Shown here piece by piece: positions 12,948 through 23,859 of a stretch of DNA of 64,000 bases. Source of the stretch: Malacoraja senta (Eukaryota). Location: positions 1,302,001-1,366,000 of the forward strand of contig CM075988.1 in NCBI GenBank assembly GCA_038087875.1, in the 5' to 3' direction. The position numbers were made by a program, and so were the translations under genes. Below the pieces are notes generated by a model. The model was given only the letters and a program-made list of their open reading frames with translations. It was not told the DNA's origin and made no database searches. How positions within the stretch are numbered: position 1 is the first letter of the stretch; the number at the start of each line of letters is the position of its first letter.

Positions 12948-13185
12948 AGTGGCGGCACAGCATTGGAGTTGCTGCGTTACAGCGCCGGAGACCTGGGTTT
13001 GATCCCGACTGCGAGTGCTGTCTGTTCGGAGTTTGCATGTTCTCCCTGTGACCTGCATGGGTTTTCTCCGGGTGCTCCGGCTTCCTCCCACATTCCAAAG
13101 ATGTACAGGTTTGTAGGTTAATTGGCTTGGTCCCTAGTGTGTATAGGTGATTGTTAGTGTGCGGGTATTGCTGGTCAGCATGGAT
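12948..13185 (+). mobile_element. tRNA-derived V-SINE (HE1-like)
   Basis: tRNA-like head (ggcggcacag...cctgggtttgatccc) followed by the V core ggagtttgcatgttctccctgtgacctgcatgggttttctccgggtgctccggcttcctcccaca. Related copies at ~15040-15250, 30325-30600, 44960-45290, 52250-52445, 52570-52865, 53890-54085 and 56830-57020. Confidence 0.85.
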
Positions 13186-14565
13186 TACATAGATACATAG
13201 ATACATAGAAAATAGGTGCAGGAGTAGGCCATTCGGCCCTTCGAGCCTGCACCGCCATTCAATATGATCATGGCTGATCATCCAACTCAGTATCCCGTAC
13301 CTGCCTTCTCTCCATACCCCCTGATCCCTTTAGCGACAAGGGCCACATCTAACTCCCTCTTAAATATAGCCAATGAACTGGCGTCAACTACCCTCTGTGG
13401 CAGAGAGTTCCAGAGATTCACCACTCTCTGTGTGAAAAAGTTTTTCCTCATCTCGGTCTTAAAGGATTTCCCCCTTATCCTTAAGCTGTGACCCCTTGTC
13501 CTGGACTTCCCCAACATAGAACCTCCCTGCTCTTATACTCAAATCGTTTTGCTATGAATGCTAACATACCATTCGCTTTCTTCACTGCCTGCTGCACCTG
13601 CATTCCTACTTTCAATGACTGGTGTACCATGACACCCAGGTCTCGCTGCACCTCCCCATTTCCTAATCGGCCACCATTTAGATAATAGTCTGCCTTCCCG
13701 TTTTTGCCACCAAAGTGGATAACCTCACATTTATCCACATTATACTGCATCTGCCAAACATTTGCCCACTCCCCCAGCCTATCCAAGTCACCTTGCAGTC
13801 TCCTAGCATCCTCCTCACAGCTAACACTGCCCCCCAGCTTAGTGTCATCCGCAAACTTGGAGATGTTGCTTTCAATTCCCTCGTCCAGATCATTAATATA
13901 AATTGTAAATAGCTGGGGTCCCAGCACTGAGCCTTGCGGTGCCCCACTAGTCACTGCCTGCCATTGTGAAAAGGACCCTTTTACCCCTACTCTTTGCTTC
14001 CTGTTTGCCAGCCAGTTCTCTATCCACATCAATACTGAACCCCCAATACCATGTGATTTAAGCTTGTATCCTAATCTCTTATGTGGTACCTTGTCGAAAG
14101 CCTTCTGAAAGTCCAGATACAACACATCCACTGGTTCTCCCCTATCCACTCTACTAGTTACATCCTCGAAAAATTCTATAAGATTCGTCAGACACGATTT
14201 ACCTTTCGTAAATCCATGCTGACTTTGTCCAATGATTTCACCACTTTCCAAATGTGCTGCTATCCCATCTTTCTCTCCATACTAACTGACTCTAGCAGTT
14301 TCCCCACTACCGATGTTAGACTAACTGGTCTGTAATTCCCCGTTTTCTCTCTCCCTCCCTTCTTAAAAAGTGGGGTTACGTTTGCTACCCTCCAATCCTC
14401 AGGAACTACTCCAGAATCTAAAGAATTTTGAAAAATTATCACTAATGCATCCACTATTTCTGGAGCTACTTCCTTAAGTACTCTGGGATGCAGCCTATCT
14501 GGCCCTGGTGATTTATCGGCCTTTAATCCATTCAATTTAGCCAACACCACTTCCCGACTAACCCG
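13186..14565 (-). mobile_element. CR1 LINE RT fragment with internal deletion
   Basis: ORFs 13481-14251 and 14260-14550 carry CR1 RT motifs including KFADD. There is a (ctatgtat)n tail and a deletion junction at ~13518. Confidence 0.93.
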
Positions 14566-15524
14566 ATTCAGTGGGCCGAAAGGCCTGCTTCTGCGCTGTA
14601 TCTCAAAACTAAACTAATTTCAGATTAAAACGGGGAGAGTCTGTGGTTCACCGCTTCCGATGATGGTCAATGGAACAACGGTCTGCGCACCTGTCTGCGC
14701 CTCCCTATCCATGTACCCACACTCACGTGCACCTATATCAGAGAAGCCTATCTGTCCATATCTACCAACAATATTTCCCTCGCTACTTTTCCGCCTCTCA
14801 GGTCTCCAGGTGATATTCCAAGGATGGGGAGACACAAGGAACAGTGGATGCTGGTTAGAAAAATAAGATACAAAGTGCTGGAATAACTCTAAGGATCAGG
14901 CAGTATCCCTGGAGAATGTGGATAGTTGACATTTTTGGTCGGGACCTTTCTTCCTCCTGAGATGCCGGACCCGCTGAGTCTCCAGACACGAGGGCTGCTG
15001 GCACTTGAGCTCTGGAACCCTTGCCCCTCCCCCAGTCAAAGGTTGCTGCCTCACAACTCCAGAGACACGGGTTCGATCCTGACTTCGGGCACTGTCTGTG
15101 CAGTCTTTGTACATTCTCCCCGTGACCTGCATGGGTTTTCTCCGGGTAGTTCCCGTTTCCTCCCACACTGTAGGACAGCACTGGTGTATGGGGATTAATG
15201 GTTGGCATTAACACGATGGGCCGAAGGGCCTGTTTCCCTGCTCTTTCTCTAAAGTCTTGTAACTCTGTGGCACTGTAACCCCTGACAGTAGTTAATGTGG
15301 TTTCAGTCTCTGGATCCCGCTGAGACAACTGATTATTATCTCTGTCTAACTCATCCGATTACCAAATATCCCAACCAGTGCTGTGGGTCCCAGTCACCTT
15401 GTGATAACATACTGCCTGCTTTTGTTCGATACATTGTCACTCCTCATTTAATTTCTCTCGCTGTTGAATGGTAGATAACGTACAGGCGGTATCGACTTGT
15501 TTCCACACCACCTTTCCTGCCCAT

Positions 15525-15900
15525 TGGAGACTGAAGGGAGACCTGATAGAAATATGGGTGGCATAGATAGGGTAGATAGAATCTTTTTCGCCAAGTGGGA
15601 ATGTCAAATATTAGAGGGTATACCTTTAACGTGAGGGGGGCACAATTTAAAGAAGATGTGCAAGGCAAGTTCTTTTACACAGAGGGTGGTGGGGGCCAGG
15701 CACGCACTGCCAGGGGTGGTGGTGGAGGCAGATACAATAGTGGTGTTTAAGAGACTTTTAGATAAGCACATAGAAATGCAGGGAATTGAGGAATATGGGT
15801 CATATGCTGATATATGAGATTAGTTGAACTTGGCATCATGTTCGGCAAGGACATTGTGGGCTGAAGGGCCTGTTCCTGTACTCTACTGCTCTGTTCTAAC
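15525..15900 (+). mobile_element. CR1 3' fragment, degraded
   Basis: Degenerate RLKGDLIE...FYTEGGG and a CR1-type 3' UTR. Confidence 0.75.
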
Positions 15901-16037
15901 ACTTCCTATTCTACCTATGTAGTCTACAACCTGATGGTATGAAAAATGAATTCCCAAATTACAAGATATCTGAAATTATGCCATCTGTTATCCTAGCAAT
16001 ATTTACAGCTATTTCTCGGTTATTAATTCTCCAGAGA

Positions 16038-17004
16038 GAGTTAGCTATTAAAATTTCAAAGGAAAGTTGGAATGAATACTTATTAAACGTGCATAAATGC
16101 TCGATTAATGTAAGACGCACTTTAATACAATTTAAAATTTTACATAGATTATATTATTCGAAAACTAAAATTCATAAAATTTTCCCAAACGTATCATCTA
16201 TTTGTGATAAATGTCAATCCCAAGAAGCTACTATAGCGCACTCATTCGTCTTCTGTACAAAAATTCAAAAATTTTGGAATGAAATTTTTGAAATCTTTAC
16301 AAAGTTATTTAAAACAAGACTGATACCCAAAGCAGAATGGATTATCTTCGGAATAACGGAAGATGATCCAGAACTAAATGTGTTTCAAAAGAAATTAATG
16401 GACTATGGGTTAATAACTGGGAAAAAAAGCTAATTCTAAAATTTTGGAAGAAGGCTCCAATACCAACTATAAATATGTGGATTTCAAATATGTTTGAAAC
16501 ATTACACCTAGAAGAGATAAGACTCCTCCTAGCAGGTAAACCAGATCACTTCCACCTGACGTGGTCTGCATTTATAGAATTATTACAAACATAGGGTGCA
16601 AAAGTACTTTAAAAAAAATAAAAAATTGAGGTCAGGTAAGGGGGGATGATAGTTGAAGAGTTGGTATGTCCTATTTACGTAATACTCAAAAAATATATAT
16701 ATATTTTTTTCTTTTTCCTCTCTTTCTCTTTTTTTTCCTAGGGCCTATCTCTTAACTCTTTTTTTTTTTAGTTTTTAATTTTGCTCTTATAGGGTCTTCG
16801 TCCTTTTTTGTTGTTACATTTTCTACACTTTTCTACACTTTCACTTTTTCCTTCACTTTCTTCTTTCTTTCAATCTTTTCCTTTTCTAGTGTAAAAAAAA
16901 ATAAAGGGAGTACATTAATTGTAAGAAGATACAAATGACGAGTATTAATGTATGTGGTTGTAATGTAATGTACTTCTAATAAATAAAAATTAAAAAAAAA
17001 AAAA
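16038..17004 (+). mobile_element. L1-clade LINE, 5'-truncated 3' end
   Basis: LIQFKILHRLYY...CDKC...HSFVFC zinc-binding motif, T-rich 3' UTR, AATAAA and poly(A). Imperfect TSD tattaattctccagaga (16021-16037) / taataatctccagaga (17005-17020). Confidence 0.88.
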
Positions 17005-17542
17005 TAATAATCTCCAGAGATCCCACACAAATCTTGGCTGTGTTCTTCCTGCTTTTATCTCCATAGAAACTCTTATTGGTTGAATTGATATTAACATGTT
17101 TTCTCTCAAATTCAATTTTTTTCCTCATATGCTTTTGTCTTTCTCTGCTGAACCCTAAAACATCCAGGTGTTGCAGTTGGGAAGAGAAGCTATTAGTCGA
17201 CATGCAAGTCATTGTGGAGGCACAGGGACTGGAGTTGGAAACCTCACGTCAAGAACAGATGCGGTGGAAAGGGAGAAATAGAGAAAGCGATGCAGAGACA
17301 CAGTGGGCTGAGGTGTAGTCTAGGTAGATGTGGGAGTCACTGGGTTTGGAGGAGATATCAGTGGAGAGGGTCTGGACCCAAAATATAAATTGTCCACTTC
17401 TCTCCACAGAAGCTGCCTGGCCAGCTGACTCCCTCCAACTGCTGCCCTTTCTTTGATATCAGTTTCTCCTCCATAATTGCTGCAGCAGAACAAGTCTTCA
17501 ATGAACAGTCAACAAAAAGAGTAGCTGTTTGTGGAAGTAGTG

Positions 17543-17548
17543 TTTATT
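17543..17548 (-). promoter_or_regulatory. APLP2: Candidate APLP2 polyadenylation signal (AATAAA)
   Basis: AATAAA on the minus strand ~620 nt after the stop, followed ~20 nt later by U/GU-rich ctttttgttgactgttc. Confidence 0.65.
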
Positions 17549-18169
17549 GATGAGTTTGCATTCAGTTACCTTGCAGATTAAAACTAACACAGTGATACAA
17601 CTGAAAAATGTGCATAGTCTGACAAGATAAAAGAGGAATGTGCAGGGGAAACGAACCACAGGTTACCAGAACCTCATTAAATGCCTAGACTGCCACACTA
17701 CTTTACTAACATAGACACACAATGAGAAATGGAATCCTCACCTCCCAGTTTCACCTGCCGATTACAGTGCTAACCATTTAAACGTAGTTTACAGCAGAAA
17801 GTCCTATTGGTTCCATGAGATAAATCAGTACGAAAATCCTCTTCATATACGGTACTCCATTAAGTAGAAATCTACAGCCTCTATTTATAGATCTTTGTGA
17901 CACACAAAATAAAACATTTAAAATAATTTTTAAAAGGAAACAACTATATCATTGTAATTCTCATCAGGTAATAGATTTTAAGATTATACATCATATATAT
18001 TGCGTAGTACATTTCAAACCCATTTAAAAGAATGGGAATCTTACAATCTACAGTAGGAAGAGTTTGACACTCAAAATCTTGTGTGTGAAATGCAGACCTC
18101 TAATGTTACGAATCAGTGGTTGGAAGATTGGCTGAGCTTGCTGCGTTTGGCTCACTTTAACACCCAGCA

Positions 18170-18271
18170 TCAGATCTGCATCTGCTCCAGGTACTTGTAG
18201 GTGGGGTTTTCATACCCATGGTTTTGCATCTTGTTCAGGTGGCGTTCCTCTGGGGTCAACATGGGGTCAAC
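18170..18271 (-). CDS. APLP2: APLP2 last coding exon (cytoplasmic tail with YENPTY)
   Basis: ttttacag acceptor. Encodes [37 protein letters not shown], the APLP2 C-terminus. Confidence 0.98.
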   Translation of the reverse strand, partial: VDPMLTPEERHLNKMQNHGYENPTYKYLEQMQI

Positions 18272-18744
18272 CTGTAAAAATCAAAGCACTTGGCTTTAGA
18301 AATTGTCCAAAGTCCCCTCACCCTTTCCCTCCACCTGTCTCCCCTCTCTTCAAAATCTCACTGCTGAATTCAGGAAAAAACAAAAGTTGACAATAATTAT
18401 TGGTGACCTGTGAAATGACTCAAATCCAGGCACCACCCATGTATCCATTTAGAATATTAATTGACCAAATCTTTTAGTTCAGTTCCAAAAAAAATTAGAA
18501 GTCTGAAATCTTATCAAGATCAGAGCATTTTTCATTTTGATTTAGCTCTGGAAAAAAAAGTTTAACACAAGGATGTGTTTAGGTTTAAAGGTCAGCCTTC
18601 TTTACTCCAGGGAAAAGAGTTCCAGTATCTCCTTACAGTTCAAGTCCTCCAGCCCCTCAACAATTTTGTGAATGTTTTTTACACCCTCTCCAGCTTAATC
18701 CCATCCATCCTATCATGCCACAACCAGAAATGTACAATATTATC

Positions 18745-19130
18745 CAGGTAGATACTAAATGCTGGAGTAACTCAGCAGGTCAGGCAGCATCTCTTGAGAA
18801 ATAGGACAGTGAGGCCACATGTAAATTGGAGGAACAGCACCCCATATTTTGTTTGGGCAGCTGACAACCCAGCAGTATGAACGTTGATTTTTCTAATTTC
18901 AAGTAACTCCTGCATTCTTCCCCCCTCTGCCCCTTCCCCACCCTAGTCATCCTTGAGTTTCACTGTTCACATTCGTGCATCCCTATCGTTCGCACATCTT
19001 CCCCAGTCAACAATGGGCCATTACGGACTCCACCCTTCCTGAGGTCATCTGTTACCGGCCCTGTTATGTTCTGGCCTTCTCCATCTTTCCATCCGAATAA
19101 GGGTTACGACCCGAAACATCGCCTATTCAT
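18745..19130. mobile_element. Penelope-derived fragments
   Basis: RKLEEQH.IF.LGS.QP..MN.DFSNFK-like C-terminal motif and the gctggagtaactcagc terminal repeat. Similar pieces at 48230-48680, 50820-51545 and 60880-61360. Confidence 0.65.
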
Positions 19131-19824
19131 AAGTTCATAAGTTCTAGGAGCAGAATTAGGCCATTCGGCCCATAAAGTCCACTCCGCCATTCAATCATGG
19201 GTGATCTTCTATCTTTCCCATATCAGCCCATTCTCCTGCCTTCACCCCATAACCCCTGAACTAATCAAGAATCTGTCAATCTTTAAAAATATCCATTGAC
19301 TTGGCCTCCACAGCTGTCAGTGGCAATGAATTCCACAGATTCACCACCCTCTGACTAAAGACTATTCCTTTTCTTCAGAGATGCTGCCGGGCCCACCGAG
19401 TTATTCCAGCGTTTTGTGTCGATCTTCGGCAGTTGATCCTTTGGCAGTTCCTTCCAACACAATATATTCCAGGTGCAGTTCCACAAGCTTCTTGCACAGG
19501 TCTTGTACTCAATGGCCTGCTCGATGAAGCAAGTGTCCTTCTTCACCGTCCTGTCTACCTGTGTTGCCACTTTGAGGGAACTGTGCATCTTCACCCATTG
19601 TCTTTGTCGTAAAACACTCACCATGACCCTGTCATTCACAGAGAAATCCTGCTCTGGTTTAAACGCATCACTTCACCCTTGTCTGAGTTAAATTCCATCT
19701 GTAATTCCATAACAAACTTTCCCAGTTGATCTAGATGGTGTTGTAATTTTAGACAATATTGGTATCATCTGCAAACTTACCATTCATGTCACATACATCA
19801 TCTAAAGCATTACTATCTATCTTT

Positions 19825-20655
19825 TATCTATCTATACATAACTAAAACTCTGATCTTGTTATTTTCCGGTTTGCACATTTTTTTCTATTTGCGCAAAAAC
19901 TGTACGCGATAGCGCTACGATTTTCCGCCAGCTCACTCACCATTTTACTGTGCTGCGAGTGCACCATTTCGTTCCGATCGGTGGCATAATGTAAAAGTTA
20001 GCGAGGTTTAGAAAGCTTAAAAACCGCGTGTGCGCAGATCGATCTCCTCCCCTGCCAGTCAGCGGAGCGTGGATTAGTCTCTTCTCCTGTCACTCCGCGG
20101 GACGGTCCGCCCCTTCCTGCGCCATCGCGTCTTTACTGGAGCCGAGGGACGCTCTAGATGGCAGGCAGCGGGACCAGAAGTGGCCCAGCCTGGCCCGGAG
20201 TCGGAGATGTCGCCGATATCACCAAATGGAAAGCGGAGGCTCTGAACCCGGCGGAGGAGAACGACCAGCGACCGCTGTGAGTCCCCATCGCACTGCCAGC
20301 TCCAGCCCCTTCCCCTCTGGTCCCCCTCACTGGCTCCTGCCCCCCTCCCCGTGATACCCCCTTCTCCCCCATGGCTCTTCCCCCGTCTTTTCTCCTAGCT
20401 TTCTCCCCCGCCCACACCCCCTCCCCCCACAGCCCTCCCGCCCACACCCATCCCCCCCACAACCCCCCCTGCCCACACACCCCCTTCCCCCTACAACGGC
20501 GCCCACCCCACCCTTTCCGCTCACACCCCCCTTCCCCCCCAACCCCCCCTGCCCATACACACCACCCGCCCACGCACACACCCCTCCCACACACAACCCC
20601 CCTCCCACACACCTCACAACCCCCCCACCCACATACCCCACACCCCTCCCACCCA
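19825..20655 (+). mobile_element. Helitron-like non-autonomous element with C-rich low-complexity tail
   Basis: Starts tctatctatacataactaaaactctgatcttg. The same terminal motif occurs inverted at 56073-56104. CpG-rich body; no 3' CTRR end seen. Confidence 0.5.
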
Positions 20656-21314
20656 CATGGCAGTTGTCAGTACTCGAATGAGGGAACACATCTTAAGGTG
20701 ATACACTATTACTGCTACATCTTCATTTTGCAATGACATGTTGAGAAGTGGTATGTGCCAGTGTGGAAGTTGATTTGAGAACATTGCCACGAATTTGATA
20801 ATATTTACACCTGGCTGTGCAGAGTTCAGTGAGTTCACTGACTATCTTCAGTGAGTGGACATCGGTTTGCAGGAACTGCTCCAGTACAGAGCGAGGGGGC
20901 CGACTGGACTTTGGAAATGGCACCAAAACATGGCAGCACCTGCACGTATAATATATGCAAAAATACTTTCACTGTGTATATGTGACAAAAAAGCACATTT
21001 GATTGAGCACTGCAGGGTAAAAGCCCTGCATTGGCTCATTCTGCTGGAAAGGAGCAATACATCTCTCCTTGGATAAAGTTGTAATATGAGCCGTAACTAA
21101 AACTGACATGTGCACACCATGCAAAATGAAACGCCTGTTACTGTATAGCTGCTCCGAAGCTTGTGTGGTGTCTGTGAAGAACAATATGAACTGTGTACAT
21201 GTTACACATCCCCACATTGGTGGTGGTAGAGCAACAAACTCAGAGTGGCAAAATAAATCCACTGCATTGTACCACCTGCAGTAAACACATTAAAGGCTCA
21301 TTTAATGCACTCAC

Positions 21315-21458
21315 CTCTACAATGCCATGGCTGATGGTACCATACTGCCTCTTGCGTAGCATCACTAAACTGATGACAATGATCATGGCCACGGCAACCG
21401 CGATGATCAGAGCACTGCCGCTTAAAGTGAAGTTGCTTGGCCGGGGGTCGTCAGTGTC
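21315..21458 (-). CDS. APLP2: APLP2 transmembrane exon
   Basis: tttttccag / gtgagt boundaries, 144 nt, phase 0/0. Encodes [48 protein letters not shown]. Confidence 0.96.
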
Positions 21459-21904
21459 CTGGAAAAAGACAAGCATTTGTAACCAGGCCATGGGCCCACG
21501 TTAAAGCAGCCACCGCCAAACTAGGTCATGGGTTTGCTAACAGAAATGCAGTGCTTTTAGCACAAGGGTAAAAGAGTAAACTTGAAAAATTAATTAAAGA
21601 TATTTGGAAGGATGCAATTCTGGGAAAATGGCAAACTAAATAAACCAAATGATTTGATTAAAATCTTATGGGTAAAATCCCTTTATTTTTACTTTAAGCC
21701 ACAAATGCCGCAGGCAGGAATGTATGATATTACGTTTTTAAAGCTGTTGCCATACTGAAATTATTGGTTTGTAAAGCTCAAGATAATCTGATCATATTAT
21801 AAAGCTTTGCGAGGAAGGTACAAATGCTGACTCTGAAGGTTAAATGGAGCATCCATTTCTGAGCGTCTCAGACCCAAGCTTGCACTGAGAGAAAGTGTCC
21901 CTAC

Positions 21905-21979
21905 CATGTTGTTCTCTTCTCCACTCACTCGTTCTGCATTGAAAATCATTTCTTTCACATCAAAGCTCTCGTCAATCAC
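21905..21979 (-). CDS. APLP2: APLP2 juxtamembrane exon
   Basis: catgcag / gtaggg boundaries, 75 nt. Encodes VIDESFDVKEMIFNAERVSGEENNM; the DVKEMIFNAERV motif is characteristic of APLP2. Confidence 0.95.
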
Positions 21980-23859
21980 CTGCATGGGGAACGAGTAGAA
22001 ATTAAAATCAGCTTTTGCACTTTCCATTTTATTATCCTTTCCTTTGAAGATAAAAAGGAATCGGTCACCCAGTCCATTACCCACCCACTGTCAACCTCAA
22101 TTTTACTTCGGAGTCACGTGAGTGACTACGTGAAGAAGACCCCGTCCAGCCGCACACGCGTCATATCGATCAGACGCATAGCGTTCATGACCGTGTGTGG
22201 AGGAGCAGGAGCTCCTCCGAGCGGTGAGTAAAGCAAAAGTCGGAAGGTAAGTCGGTTTACTTTCACTTACAGGAGCGTTTCCTTCCCGTTCAGACTTGTT
22301 GGTGGAGCTCCACACAAATTTATTATGGAGAAAGGGGAAGGAGAGGCGGCCAGGGACGCACCGCAGGTAAAACCCCAGATCCTAAGGGTAGCGGGCGTCA
22401 GTCAGAGGAGTCACTGGCAGCGAAGCCATTAACTCCCGTTGCGGTCGAGTGTGCCGTTAAACCGCCGGCGGCGGGGCGCAAGGCAGGACAAAAGTCGGCC
22501 CGACCTGTAGACTCGGATGAGTCAGACCCGGAGGTATACCCTCCTCAGGCAGGAAAGAATATTGCACTGCAAGGGTCGCAACTTTAGAACTCCTGATGGG
22601 GAAGATGATTTATAAAGAACCCCCACAGGAGGATTTAAGTCGGTGTTGGCCAATGGAGGATATAGCACAGGGGGTGCCTTGGATGGGACAGGCACAAGGG
22701 TGGCCTACAGGAGAGCCATCAGAAATGCCTGTGCAGAAACATTACAGTGGTTGGCCTACAGGAGAGCCAGTGCCCAAAATGCCAGAAAAAAGGCAATATA
22801 TGTGTTGGCCTATTGGAGAGCCAGTACTAGAAATGCCTGAACAAAGGCAGCACAAACGTGCAATGACAAATGTGCCAGCACCGACAATATAAAGAGAAAA
22901 AATAATGAGGCGTTGGCCTAGAATTGAGCCAGTGCCAGCAGCACCTGAAACAGGGCTGCCTATCCGTGGGCCTACAAGAGAGCCCGCGCAGGGGGAATCT
23001 GGCAGAGACTTACCTGAAACAGGGGAGCCAGAAATTACCCAACATAAAGATGAATATCTAGATTCAGATGATGATTTATATGAGGACCAGAGCCCATTAT
23101 CAGAGCTAAAATGTTCCAGGGCTGGCACAAAGTTTGCTGTTCCCAGAGTAACAGGGGAACCTTCGAGAGAGGAAATAGCTATGACTATAAATGATCTACT
23201 CTCCCATCAGCCCCAGGAATAAACTATGGATGAGACTATCAAAAAGTATGAGACCCCGGGAAATTGTGAATTGCTAGCAGTTCCAGCAGTGAATAACTTG
23301 ATATGGGTTATTTGAGCATTGGTTTACGCTCACAAGAATTGAAATTACAACGAGTGCTGAAATTGCTGGGGTCAGGCATTACGGCGTTTGCCAGTGGGAT
23401 TGGATGAAGATTTTATATTGGATTCACAACAAAATGCCTTAGCACTCATGTGTAGTGCGCACTTTGAAATAAATTGTATTCGTAAAAATGCAATAAGACC
23501 AAATATTCATCCTAAGTATGCAGGCTCTGCAAACCATCCAATATACAAATGCCTAAATCTGCTTTTTGGAGAAAATCTAGCAAAGAAACTAAAGGACTTA
23601 AATGAAGATTCAAAGACCATGAGTGGTATGATAATGAAGTCACCTATGCTGAGCAGAGCGGTGCGAAGGCAGTATCCCTACAGGCGAAATGCTGGTGCTG
23701 GTGCTGGAGAAGGAACAAGCCTATCATTCTCGTATACACGTTGACGTGCTGCACCGAGGATACGTGGAGGTTACAATGTGCCTACTAGAAGGGGACAACA
23801 ATTGCCGGTGGCAAACCCCGAGGTAGGGGGGCTTGGGTCTGGTAAGAAACACAACAAAT

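Larger units (their letters stand above)
9285..15330 (-). mobile_element. Fragmented endogenous retrovirus relic (class III / ERV-L-like gag-pro-pol), split by later insertions
   Basis: Ordered remnants on one strand: gag-like VRGYSATELQD (~15252-15330); protease-like LLVDMD*ASLI...LTIIGSGEPQTLPVLI (14620-14830); RT AAVP..VTLLE...QDQFAFTWEG (12115-12460); thumb HIQHLTSLLQPLYAVT (11580-11945); connection CYWALVET (10525-10648); RNase H IYTDSWAVAN (10296-10372) and WKENDWNIAGKPLWG...WQDIW (9330-9516). Confidence 0.8.

Noticed and set aside
12948..13030. tRNA gene
   Set aside because: Degenerate tRNA-derived SINE head followed by the V core; no intact cloverleaf.
20154..20736. Gly-rich and Pro/His-rich ORFs (also 55389-55789)
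   Set aside because: Translations of low-complexity G/C tracts.
18170..21979. Assignment as APP or APLP1
   Set aside because: There is no A-beta-like DAEF/KLVFF sequence. DVKEMIFNAERV and YKYLEQMQI are APLP2-type.
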